41,520 nucleotides of DNA from NCBI GenBank assembly GCA_019313725.1, contig JAFDAT010000001.1, positions 1 to 41,520 on the forward strand. Reading direction: 5' to 3'. This DNA is from Deltaproteobacteria bacterium. Its GTDB lineage: Bacteria; Desulfobacterota; Desulfobacteria; Desulfobacterales; B30-G6. The notes below the pieces were generated by a model that was given only the letters and a program-made list of their open reading frames with translations, was not told the origin of the DNA and made no database searches. The position numbers were made by a program, and so were the translations under genes. The first letter of the stretch is position 1. Each line of letters opens with the position of its first letter. Below, piece by piece: positions 17,512 through 26,603 of this stretch.

Positions 17512-17570
17512 AGACCTTCGCAATCGTGTATTGAAGTTCGTTTCACCCATGGTCGAGTCTTGCTGAAAAT

Positions 17571-17735
17571 TTATTCCAATGCAACAGGTTTGTGTAACCA
17601 CTTTTTTTTATTTGCCACTCTGCCGCATTTTTTACAGACATATCGTGGCACTTTTACAATATCTTTGAACGCATCGAAATTATCGCCGATGGCTGCTTCT
17701 TTCCACTTACAGAGTCGTTTTTCTTTTTTTGCCAT
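17571..17735 (-). CDS. Small (54 aa) basic protein with a CxxC motif, possible zinc ribbon
   Basis: MAKKEKRLCKW...YVCKKCGRVANKKKWLHKP; AAGGTGG RBS; fills the gap between parA and sixA. Confidence 0.7.
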   Translation of the reverse strand: MAKKEKRLCKWKEAAIGDNFDAFKDIVKVPRYVCKKCGRVANKKKWLHKPVALE

Positions 17736-17755
17736 TATCGCCACCTTTTCGAATT

Positions 17756-18508
17756 TCAATGCCTGGAAAATAGGGTGTCTTGAATGTTTTCCCACAGTTG
17801 CTGATATGCTCGGGATGCCGTCGAACCAGGAGAAAACGCCGTCACCGGTTCCCGGTAAACACCCATTTTTTCGATCATCGACAGATAAGGAATGTCACTT
17901 TGTAAAACGTTGCTAAATGTTTTTGATATCGTTGCCATTAACACTTTATGCAGTTTTTTTCGTCGATCGACCATGGAAAAAAACGTGTATATCCTACCCG
18001 GGTCGATTTTTTCCTTTTTACAAAAAGATAACAATTGCTTATACGTTCGAATCGAAAGTGTCGTCGGAATCAAGGGGACGAGCGTACAGTCGACAGTGTT
18101 GAACACATTCTCCGCGAGGACGCTGATACTTGCCGGGCAGTCAAGGATGATGACATCATATTCATCCTTAAACGGTTTTAAAATTTGATGGAGACGATTT
18201 TTTGAACGCTTGAGTTTGTTAAAAGTAATGTCCAGTCTGCGGTGAGAAAAGTCCGCCGGCAGCAGATCGAGGTTTTCATAATCCGTTCCCTTGGCACTCT
18301 TGTATACCTTTTTGCCGCCTTTTAGAAATCCCTTTGCGCCCGACTTCAGTTTCGGCTTTACTCTAAAGTAATAGGTTGCAGAGCTTTGAGGGTCTAAATC
18401 ACAGATCAGGGTTCTGGCACCTGCCCGGGCAGACAGATAGGATAAATTAACCGCCGCGGCAGTCTTACCGACACCGCCTTTATTACTGTAGAGTGCGATC
18501 GTCGTCAT
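17756..18508 (-). CDS. ParA/Soj/MinD-family ATPase (orphan)
   Basis: NKGGVGKT deviant Walker A, DLDPQ and ILDCP motifs. Confidence 0.92.
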   Translation of the reverse strand: MTTIALYSNKGGVGKTAAAVNLSYLSARAGARTLICDLDPQSSATYYFRVKPKLKSGAKGFLKGGKKVYKSAKGTDYENLDLLPADFSHRRLDITFNKLKRSKNRLHQILKPFKDEYDVIILDCPASISVLAENVFNTVDCTLVPLIPTTLSIRTYKQLLSFCKKEKIDPGRIYTFFSMVDRRKKLHKVLMATISKTFSNVLQSDIPYLSMIEKMGVYREPVTAFSPGSTASRAYQQLWENIQDTLFSRH

Positions 18509-18520
18509 GCAAACACCTTT

Positions 18521-20071
18521 TTATGGTTTTCGGGCAAAGAGTTCTCGAAATAACATCTGATTTTGCGATGATGAAAAGCGGGTAAAAGTTTGGTCGAAAG
18601 ATTCCTTTTCCAACTGCCGCTTCGTGTCCAACTTATCGATCAGGCTGCCAATGGCAACGAGTGTTTTCTTCACTTGGGAACGATTCGAAGGCAATTTTTC
18701 GGCAACGACATACAGATATTTCACCTGGACACTGAGATCGTTATAGTCCCCGAGCCTGTCTTGTAGCTTTTTCAGTTGCTCAACCAAAATGTTGATTTTT
18801 TTTAGCGGAAAAAGATTGGAAAAAAACTGGATTAAATACCGCAATTTTTTACATTGAATTCTGAGCTTATGCAGCATGTCATCATCGCCGTTTTCAAGAA
18901 TCAGATTCCCTGCTTTGATAACATTTTTATACTGCTTGTAGATTCTCTTTCGAGCCAAATCAAATACAGAACTGTCGGCGTCGGATTCCGCGCCAAGGTC
19001 CTCTTGCGGTTCATTCAGAAAAGTTTCCCAGTCCTGCATGATTTTCCTGTATTTTTTAGATTTCATGCTTCTGACGACTTTTCGGAATGACGTTGATCGT
19101 TGTTTATTTAAATAGGCAAACAAGGGGTCGATGTCATCCCGTAGAACAGGAGGCAGCATCGCCTTGTATGTGGCCTGATTCAGCAGATAAACATCCAGAT
19201 CGCGTAGCGCGCTCGATATTTTGCCAATATAAGAAAAATTTTTTGCAAACCGAGCGATCGTCTTCTTGGGAAAAATATTTTTATTCCAAACCAAAGCGGA
19301 TCTAGTCCTTCGAACGGCAACCCGGTAATCGTGAAGAAATTCCGTATCGAGGTCCTGTTCAATATTGGCCGCATTGATCTTTATGACTTGAAACAGAAAT
19401 CGCAGGATGATTTTTGTGGCCTCGTCGGAGCGCATCTCAGGATGGAGTTGTATATTTAATTTTGTAGAATAACGGTTCGGATCCTGCCCTGTCTCCCGCA
19501 TCGCCTGAAAGAATATATCTTCGTCTCCGCTTGAGGTAAGTCCTAAATCTTCAAGTTGATTATTAATTTTTCTCGAATACTTAGGATATCCTCTGACAGG
19601 CTTTACCCACAATTGCATGGCTATGGTCCTGGAATCTTTCCTGCCGGGCTGTCGAACGGTTTCAAAGAAAAGTCTTGCCACGGTTTTTTCGTCCTGGTTT
19701 AAAATCCGATACGGGGTCGCCCGGGAAACTAAATCCGCACGTTTTAAGAGTCTTCTCATTTTTATGACAGGTTCCAGGTACCTTTTAAAATCGCCTTCCG
19801 GAAAATCCCATATGAAACAGGGTGCCGGTTTGATGTCATGACTGTAAATAATTCGATCTTGGCCCAGTTTACGTAACATCAGTCTGCCTTGGGAAGAAAA
19901 CAGGACCAGTGATTTGTTAAAAAAACGCCAGTCAAATGTGTCGTAGATGGTCAGTCGCCCGGTAATCGGCGATTCTTTTTTTATGGTATGGCGTGTAGCC
20001 AATTGACGGCTGATTTGGCGTTCGTCATCATCGCCGGCGAGATCGAATTTAACAATATTTGGCATCATCAC
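18521..20071 (-). CDS. CHAD domain protein (polyphosphate-binding) with an N-terminal extension
   Basis: EFLHDYRVAVRRTRS, RDLDV, LHKLRIQCKKLRY and LQDRLGDYND motifs; overlaps the ppk1 stop. Confidence 0.9.
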   Translation of the reverse strand: MMMPNIVKFDLAGDDDERQISRQLATRHTIKKESPITGRLTIYDTFDWRFFNKSLVLFSSQGRLMLRKLGQDRIIYSHDIKPAPCFIWDFPEGDFKRYLEPVIKMRRLLKRADLVSRATPYRILNQDEKTVARLFFETVRQPGRKDSRTIAMQLWVKPVRGYPKYSRKINNQLEDLGLTSSGDEDIFFQAMRETGQDPNRYSTKLNIQLHPEMRSDEATKIILRFLFQVIKINAANIEQDLDTEFLHDYRVAVRRTRSALVWNKNIFPKKTIARFAKNFSYIGKISSALRDLDVYLLNQATYKAMLPPVLRDDIDPLFAYLNKQRSTSFRKVVRSMKSKKYRKIMQDWETFLNEPQEDLGAESDADSSVFDLARKRIYKQYKNVIKAGNLILENGDDDMLHKLRIQCKKLRYLIQFFSNLFPLKKINILVEQLKKLQDRLGDYNDLSVQVKYLYVVAEKLPSNRSQVKKTLVAIGSLIDKLDTKRQLEKESFDQTFTRFSSSQNQMLFRELFARKP

Positions 20072-22236
20072 TCTCGTTTCACGTCGTGATTATCAGGAAC
20101 ATGATTTTTCATGGTTCTCGATTGCCTGCCGATGAGATCAATCAGTGCCTCCTGGGCAGGTCTGGGCTTTTCACCTTTTTGGGGTCGTCGTCTGGAATAG
20201 CTGCCATCGGGCTGCATATCCCAGGCAGAGCAGTTGTCATTCTCGTAAATCTGCAGTTTTTGCACAAGCTCCTTTTTGAGTTTGGGATCGGTGACGGGTG
20301 TGACGGACTCCATGCGACGGTCAAGGTTTCGCCGCATCCAATCTGCCGAACCAATAAAAAATTCAGGATCACCGGCGTTTTCAAAGCAATACATTCTGCT
20401 GTGCTCTAAAAAACGACCGAGTGTACAGAATACCCGAATGTTCTCGGACAGCCCGGGAACCCCCGCGCGCAGGCAGCACAGGCCCCTTATGTTCAAACTG
20501 ATGGGCACACCCGCTTGGCCGGCGCGATAAAGCTCCTGTATAATACGCGTATCCTGAAGCTGATTCATCTTCACGTTTATACCACACGGTTTTCCTTTTC
20601 GTTTGTGCTCCGCCTCACGGCGGATCAGCTCAGTAATCCGCTCACGAAGGTTGTGGGGAGCAACCAGCAATTTATCATAATTCGGATACGGGTTCGCACT
20701 GGTCAATTCATTAAACAGCGCGGCAACGTTAGCACCTAGCTCTGGATCACAGCTTAAAATTCCCATGTCTTCGTAGATTCGCGCGGTGTCCGTGTGATAG
20801 TTCCCTGTTCCTATATGGACGTAGCGATGAATACCATCCTCTTCTTCACGGACGACAAGTGCCAATTTGACGTGAGTTTTCAACCGCTCTACGCCATAAG
20901 AAACATGTACCCCTTCCCGTTCCAAAAGTCTCCCCCATGCTATGTTGGGCGCCTCATCGAACCGGGCGGTGATCTCCACCAGCACCGCGACCTGCTTGCC
21001 TTTCCGTATCGCAAACTGAAGTGCTTGAATAATAGGGGAATCGCTGCTTGTACGATAGATGGTAAGCTTAATGGCCAGCACTTTTGGATCCATTGCCGCG
21101 CACTGAAGGAAGTTGAGTACGGAAGTATCAAAACTATGGTAGGGGTGGTGAAGCAGGATATCGGCTCGGCGGATTTCGGCAAACATCTGTTTGGGATCGT
21201 TTTGATATATTCCTGAAAGGCGGGGATGGGTTACGGGCTTATGCGGAGGATCACGCAGTTCCGGGCGATTCTTGACAGGAAACTTCATCAGATCCGCGAG
21301 CCCCATCAGACCCTTGACACTTTCGACATCTTCTGAATCGACGTCTAACTGTTCGGCTAACCAGCACATCAAGTCTTTGGGCATGTCGGCACTAACCTCC
21401 AGCCGAACCACACCGGCAAATTTTCGTGCGGTTAATTCGTGGGTCACCATACTGATGAAGAATCCGGGGGTGGAATCGGCATCAAAATCGTCAAGCTCGG
21501 TTTGTTCCCAGGGGTCATCCTTGGCTACTCGGGTAACGCGAAAAAAATAGCAGAATAGTTTTTCCGCTTTGGGAAACAACTGTTCGAGATTGGCTGCGAT
21601 CACCTGCTCCAAGGGAACAAATCCGCTGTCGTCCGCCAAAGGCACCCAACGGGGTCGGTTCGCCGGAACCTTGATCCGTACGAAACGATAGCGCTTTTTT
21701 TTCTTTTCCTTCACCTCGATGGCCAGATTCAGCCCCAAATTACTGATAAAAGGAAATGGATGCGACATATCCACGGCTAAAGGCGTCAGAATCGGTTCCA
21801 CTGATTCCGTAAAATATGCGGACATCTGTGTACGCTGGTTTTTTTTCAGTACCTTGTATTCCAGAATGGGAATTGCCTCTTTTGCCAGAGCAGGACGAAG
21901 TTTTTTTTGCACGAGGCGGGATACCAGGGCTGACTGGGCATGCAATTCAGCGCGGCACGCCCTCAGTTGCTCATCGGGAGCGAGGCCGTCACGGGATGGC
22001 TTTTGTTTTTTTTTCTGAATTTTCCGCTTGAGTCCACCCATTCGCTTCATCGCGAACTCATCGTAAAGCATACCCATAATGCCCGCAAATTTTACCCGTT
22101 CGAGCAACGGCAGCTCAGGGTCTTGTGCCAGGGAGAGCACCCGGCGTGCAAAACTGAGCCAGCTTAATTCCCGGTTGATAAATGCATCCGAGGAATCGAT
22201 TTCAATGGCTTGAGGTTTTTTTTTCATAGATGTCAT
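20068..22236 (-). CDS. ppk1: Polyphosphate kinase 1
   Basis: FINRELSWLSF, HPFPFISN, LLHHPY, TIYRT, ARFDE, LKTHVK, GTGNY, GRFLEHSR and GSADWMRRNL motifs. Confidence 0.97.
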   Translation of the reverse strand: MTSMKKKPQAIEIDSSDAFINRELSWLSFARRVLSLAQDPELPLLERVKFAGIMGMLYDEFAMKRMGGLKRKIQKKKQKPSRDGLAPDEQLRACRAELHAQSALVSRLVQKKLRPALAKEAIPILEYKVLKKNQRTQMSAYFTESVEPILTPLAVDMSHPFPFISNLGLNLAIEVKEKKKKRYRFVRIKVPANRPRWVPLADDSGFVPLEQVIAANLEQLFPKAEKLFCYFFRVTRVAKDDPWEQTELDDFDADSTPGFFISMVTHELTARKFAGVVRLEVSADMPKDLMCWLAEQLDVDSEDVESVKGLMGLADLMKFPVKNRPELRDPPHKPVTHPRLSGIYQNDPKQMFAEIRRADILLHHPYHSFDTSVLNFLQCAAMDPKVLAIKLTIYRTSSDSPIIQALQFAIRKGKQVAVLVEITARFDEAPNIAWGRLLEREGVHVSYGVERLKTHVKLALVVREEEDGIHRYVHIGTGNYHTDTARIYEDMGILSCDPELGANVAALFNELTSANPYPNYDKLLVAPHNLRERITELIRREAEHKRKGKPCGINVKMNQLQDTRIIQELYRAGQAGVPISLNIRGLCCLRAGVPGLSENIRVFCTLGRFLEHSRMYCFENAGDPEFFIGSADWMRRNLDRRMESVTPVTDPKLKKELVQKLQIYENDNCSAWDMQPDGSYSRRRPQKGEKPRPAQEALIDLIGRQSRTMKNHVPDNHDVKRE

Positions 22237-23004
22237 CTATATCAACATATCAAAAGCTGTCTCGCACCGGCCACACGAATAGACCGAGGGCCTGTTCTTT
22301 GTGGTGCTGAACGCCGTAATACAAATGCAAGCAATCATTACCAAAACCCAAATCGTTTTTTGCTGTATTTTTATTTTTCGTGCTCCTTGGTTTTGCGGAT
22401 GGAGTTATCCGTTTGCTTTTCAGAACAACTATTTTTCTATATTTCTTCGATCAAATTGTGAATATAGTCTAACCGGCGGACGTCATCAACAAAAATATTG
22501 ATGCGCTATTGGAAATGGGTATTTTTGATCGTTCGATCATTCGTGAAGTCATTCGTACCAAAAAATCTCATATGGTCATCAATAAACTTAAAAACGGAAA
22601 ACAACTACTCAGGGTTGCCAATCCCATTTTTAATCAATAATTCAAATCCCTTTTTCTTTATCGTCACTTAATGCATAGCGTCTGGAATGCACTAATTTTG
22701 CCGACAAGTTGTCGTCCACCCGGCTGACCCGTCATATTTGTTTCGCACTTTTGTGTTTTCGTGTTTGTTTAGATCCTTTTAACTCCGTCTGCGCCGTCGC
22801 CAGTTTTAACGTGCTGTTCAACAACATTCTTTTTCAATAATCAGTGCGGTGAGTCCGTGGGGTACTGTGCCTGACAGCGGAAGACAAAATTCAAATCGTT
22901 ACTGATGGCAGGTCTGAGGAACTTTCTCGCGATTCGATGAGGGGGTCTTTTCGAGTCGGATCAATGACGAGGAAATGATAACAGATGACATCAGACCGGC
23001 ATTC

Positions 23005-23346
23005 TCAAGCCAGAGAACCTTCAAAGAGAAACTCCATCACGCCGGCAAAAGTGTCCCCCTCATAAGATGGAACATTCACGATGGTGAGTTTTCCGTCCGG
23101 AGTGTCCAGGGTGTAGTAATATAGATTTCTCTTCTTTTCCTTGTATTCTGCAAAGAGCTTTTCGAGTTTTTTCATGGTCTCGGGCTTATGGCAATCACGC
23201 ATGTGGCTTCCCACAAAACCTTCCACCCCCATGCTGGCCTTAAACATTTGTTTACATTTTTCGTTGGCATAGGTCACCTTGAAATCAGCATCACACGCTA
23301 CGACCGCCGTATTCAAACTCTCCAACATTTCCTTTACATCGCCCAT
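23005..23346 (-). CDS. Stand-alone PAS-domain protein
   Basis: LESLNTAVVACDADFKVTYAN...VGSHMRDCH PAS pattern. Confidence 0.75.
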   Translation of the reverse strand: MGDVKEMLESLNTAVVACDADFKVTYANEKCKQMFKASMGVEGFVGSHMRDCHKPETMKKLEKLFAEYKEKKRNLYYYTLDTPDGKLTIVNVPSYEGDTFAGVMEFLFEGSLA

Positions 23347-23544
23347 GGTGTGCTCTTTCATTTAGATGAATTGATGAGACATGACTCTTCAGAAGAACGA
23401 GTATGGATAAATTGACCCCACATGTCAAAGGAAATAGCGTCTAAATATGTCAGGGTTTTATGCCATGCTGCAAAAGCTGTATTCCAGGCAATATATGCCT
23501 GAATGAGGACGAAAAATGTTCTGATTAAACCAAGGCCGCCTGTT

Positions 23545-24684
23545 TCATACGTTTTTTTTGATTTTAATTATCTGAACAGCCATCAAGGAAATCAGGCTGA
23601 AGACAGCACCGCACACGAATGGAATTCGATAATCAATCATCCACAGTACACCGCCTATCGCCGGGAGAACGACAGCCGCGATATGATTTATGGTAAAACT
23701 CACCGAGATGCTGGATGCTATATCACCGGGGTCCGCGATCTTTTGGAAATAGGTCTGGATGGCGATGTGGAAATTATAAAAAACCTGATCCAAAACATAT
23801 AAAAGTGCCACAACCATTTTCGAGTGCACCGTTGCATATGCAAGGAAAATAACGATCAGGCTGGCATATTCCAGGGACAGCACTTTTCTTTCACCGAATC
23901 TGATGATACTCCTGCCGATCAGAGGATATAGGAAAAAAATCAGCGCATTGTTGATCACAAAAAGGATGGTGATTTCCCGAACCGAGAAGTCAAAATTTCT
24001 TACCAAAAGAAAAACAGCAAATGCCATGAATATCTGGCGGCGGGCACCGGCCATGAACGTGAGAAAATAGAACAACCAATACTTTTTCCTTAAAACCATT
24101 TTTTTACGCTGGGGAGGCAAATTGGTGCTGGCCGGGTTTTGGGTCATCCCCCAGATACCTGCCATCGTGATCATGCCGCCAATGAGCAGGTAAAGCTGTG
24201 CATAACTCAAAAAAGGGGAGAAACTGAATATCAGAACACCGACGCCGATATTGGTTAAAGACGCCAGGCTGCCTAATTTCCCGAATACCCATGGTGATTG
24301 CTCCTCGGCAAAATACTGAAGTGTCAGGGAGTCGCAGGTCGTATCGAAGTAGTGAAACCCGAAACTCATGATCAATGTGGAAAAAATAAGCCCTGAAAAG
24401 GATGGCAGCAACCCGGTAACTGCCATCCCGAGTCCTAAAACGATAATAGCCAATGCGGATAGACGGTGCTCCTTTACCACCAGCAGAAAATATACAACCA
24501 GAAAGGCCAGAAAGCCGGGAATTTCCCTCACAGATTGGATTAATCCGACATGATTACCTTTCAATGCAACGACTTCGACGGCAAAGTTGTTGAACAGCGT
24601 CAACCAGGATTCCAATCCCAGGGTTGATGCGATGGTGAGGACCACCAGATAGCGGTACATTTTACGTTGTTCTGCACGGATCAT
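23545..24684 (-). CDS. MFS transporter
   Basis: About 12 hydrophobic segments; SVREIPG and AGARRQIF motifs. Confidence 0.85.
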   Translation of the reverse strand: MIRAEQRKMYRYLVVLTIASTLGLESWLTLFNNFAVEVVALKGNHVGLIQSVREIPGFLAFLVVYFLLVVKEHRLSALAIIVLGLGMAVTGLLPSFSGLIFSTLIMSFGFHYFDTTCDSLTLQYFAEEQSPWVFGKLGSLASLTNIGVGVLIFSFSPFLSYAQLYLLIGGMITMAGIWGMTQNPASTNLPPQRKKMVLRKKYWLFYFLTFMAGARRQIFMAFAVFLLVRNFDFSVREITILFVINNALIFFLYPLIGRSIIRFGERKVLSLEYASLIVIFLAYATVHSKMVVALLYVLDQVFYNFHIAIQTYFQKIADPGDIASSISVSFTINHIAAVVLPAIGGVLWMIDYRIPFVCGAVFSLISLMAVQIIKIKKNV

Positions 24685-24913
24685 GTTTTATTTTCAATAG
24701 TTTGAGATGAATTTAGAGGTCTAACACCATTATTGCCAAATCCGGAACCATGTCAGCCGGTTTCAGATTATCGATAACTGCCTTACTTGATAACATTGAA
24801 CTACCCGCTTACTTGTTAGGATTTCGCATCATCTCCAAAATGTCAAACCCGGAGTGCTGCGCCGATACAATCTGGATATTACTTTTGAATCATACTGTGA
24901 AGCAGCACGGTTC

Positions 24914-25072
24914 ACCCTATGGTTGCATAAACAACATGGCAAATAATAGATAATACATTGTTATTATACCCAATATCATAGCGATAGCGCAATTTCTTGG
25001 ATGCCCCTCCTGGTGAATTCGAAGGATGGCATCTATTTTGCCATGTTGTTTACCCTTCGGCAACGTTAGGGT
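24914..25072. repeat. About 160-bp MITE-like element with ~40-bp imperfect terminal inverted repeats
   Basis: Left arm accctatggttgcataaacaacatggcaaataatagat; right arm reverse-complements to accctaacgttgccgaagggtaaacaacatggcaaaatagat; third copy at 12203. Confidence 0.65.
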
Positions 25073-25183
25073 TCACCCATCAGCATGTTGAGTTGAAATT
25101 CACTCATATGGTAATTTCAATAAATAGTTGGCAATATTATTTTTTATTGGTAGCATCTCGCTGAAAGTGTAAGGGAGGACATC

Positions 25184-26587
25184 GTGGCAGAATGGTACAC
25201 AAAAAAGCTTGCCGAGTATGCGGTCAACTCGCAGTTCGAAGACTATCCTGCCGAGGTCGTCGAGCGGGCAAAGGTTCTCATTCTCGACCTGATCGGCTGT
25301 ATGTTCGGGGGGTGTCAGACAGGACTGGGAAAAGCCATCGTCAAACCCTTGACATCCATGGGGGGCCAGCCGGAAGCCACCATTGTCGGCGGTGGGGCCA
25401 AGGTGCCGACTATCCAGGCTGCATTTGCCAACGGAACGACAGCCAATGCCCTCGATTATGATGACACCCTGCTGGGCATCGGTCATCCCGGTGCATCGGT
25501 CATTCCGGCGGCGTTGGCAATCGGTGAGTGGAAACACGCCTCAGGCAAAGATGTCCTCAACGCCATTCTGGTGGGTTATGATGTCGGGGATCGAATTGGT
25601 TTGGCTATTCAGCCCAGTTATGAGCGGCTTCAGAACGTCTGGGGTGTCGGCACCTGGCAGACCCTGGGAGCGGCAGCAGCAGCGGCCAGGGTTCTCAATA
25701 TGGATTTAGACAAGACCTTGAACACCTACGGGGTAGCCGGGGCGACGGCACCGCTGCCGAATACCCAGAAATGGGGCTGGGATCTGTCCGAACGCCCGAT
25801 CCATTGGGTCAAGGAACCCACAGGATGGCCTTGCTGGACCGGTACGACGGCAGCCGTTCTTGCAGAAAACGGCTTCATCGGCAACCGCTTTATCCTGGAT
25901 GGTAAAAATGGTTTCTGGATCATGGCCGGATCCGATCAGTGCGATTATGAAAAAATGACCAAGGGCCTGGGAAACGAATATGAAGTAATCGACAATATTG
26001 CCATCAAACCCTATTCATCCTGCCGCTGGCAGCATGCCACACTGGATTGTGTCCAGGAATTGAAGCACGAACACCATCTTTCGCCGGAGTCCATAGAGGC
26101 TGTTGCCGTACACTCTTTCGCATGGGTAAAGACGCATGAAGTTTACAACCCGGCGGACATGGTGGATGCACAATTCTCGATACCCTATACCGTATCCATG
26201 GTGCTTTTAGGTGAACACCCGGGACCTGCCTGGTATACACCGGAAAACATGCAAAGCGATATTGTTGCCCGGATCATGAAAAAAGTGACCGTGGAGACCG
26301 ATTCCGGCATCGATCGGGCCTATTTTGATGAAGACAAGATTTCGGCTCGCGTGAAGATCTCTACGAACAGCGGGGATGCGTTCGAAAAATTCGTCGGAAT
26401 TCCATACGGTGACCCCCGACACCCTATCAGCCAGAGCGATATTGAAGATAAATTTAGAAACCAGGCGTTGTATGTGCTGGGTTCTGAGGATGTTGATAGG
26501 GTCATGGAAGAGATATATGCGTTCGAAAAACTGGAAGATATTTCCGATCTCATGTCGCTTCTCATGGGAAATCCATTGGTAAAATAG
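25184..26587 (+). CDS. MmgE/PrpD family protein
   Basis: ANGTTANALDYDDT..GHPG, KPYSSCRWQH, AQFSIPY and GDPRHP...IEDKF motifs; GGAGG RBS with GTG start. Confidence 0.9.
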   Translation: MAEWYTKKLAEYAVNSQFEDYPAEVVERAKVLILDLIGCMFGGCQTGLGKAIVKPLTSMGGQPEATIVGGGAKVPTIQAAFANGTTANALDYDDTLLGIGHPGASVIPAALAIGEWKHASGKDVLNAILVGYDVGDRIGLAIQPSYERLQNVWGVGTWQTLGAAAAAARVLNMDLDKTLNTYGVAGATAPLPNTQKWGWDLSERPIHWVKEPTGWPCWTGTTAAVLAENGFIGNRFILDGKNGFWIMAGSDQCDYEKMTKGLGNEYEVIDNIAIKPYSSCRWQHATLDCVQELKHEHHLSPESIEAVAVHSFAWVKTHEVYNPADMVDAQFSIPYTVSMVLLGEHPGPAWYTPENMQSDIVARIMKKVTVETDSGIDRAYFDEDKISARVKISTNSGDAFEKFVGIPYGDPRHPISQSDIEDKFRNQALYVLGSEDVDRVMEEIYAFEKLEDISDLMSLLMGNPLVK

Positions 26588-26603
26588 ATAGGAGGTAAAA
26601 TTC

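Noticed and set aside
22700..22830. c-di-GMP-I (GEMM) riboswitch-like words on the minus strand upstream of ppk1
   Set aside because: Only scattered similarity; the conserved GGCAAA/GNRA/GACGCAAA arrangement could not be built.
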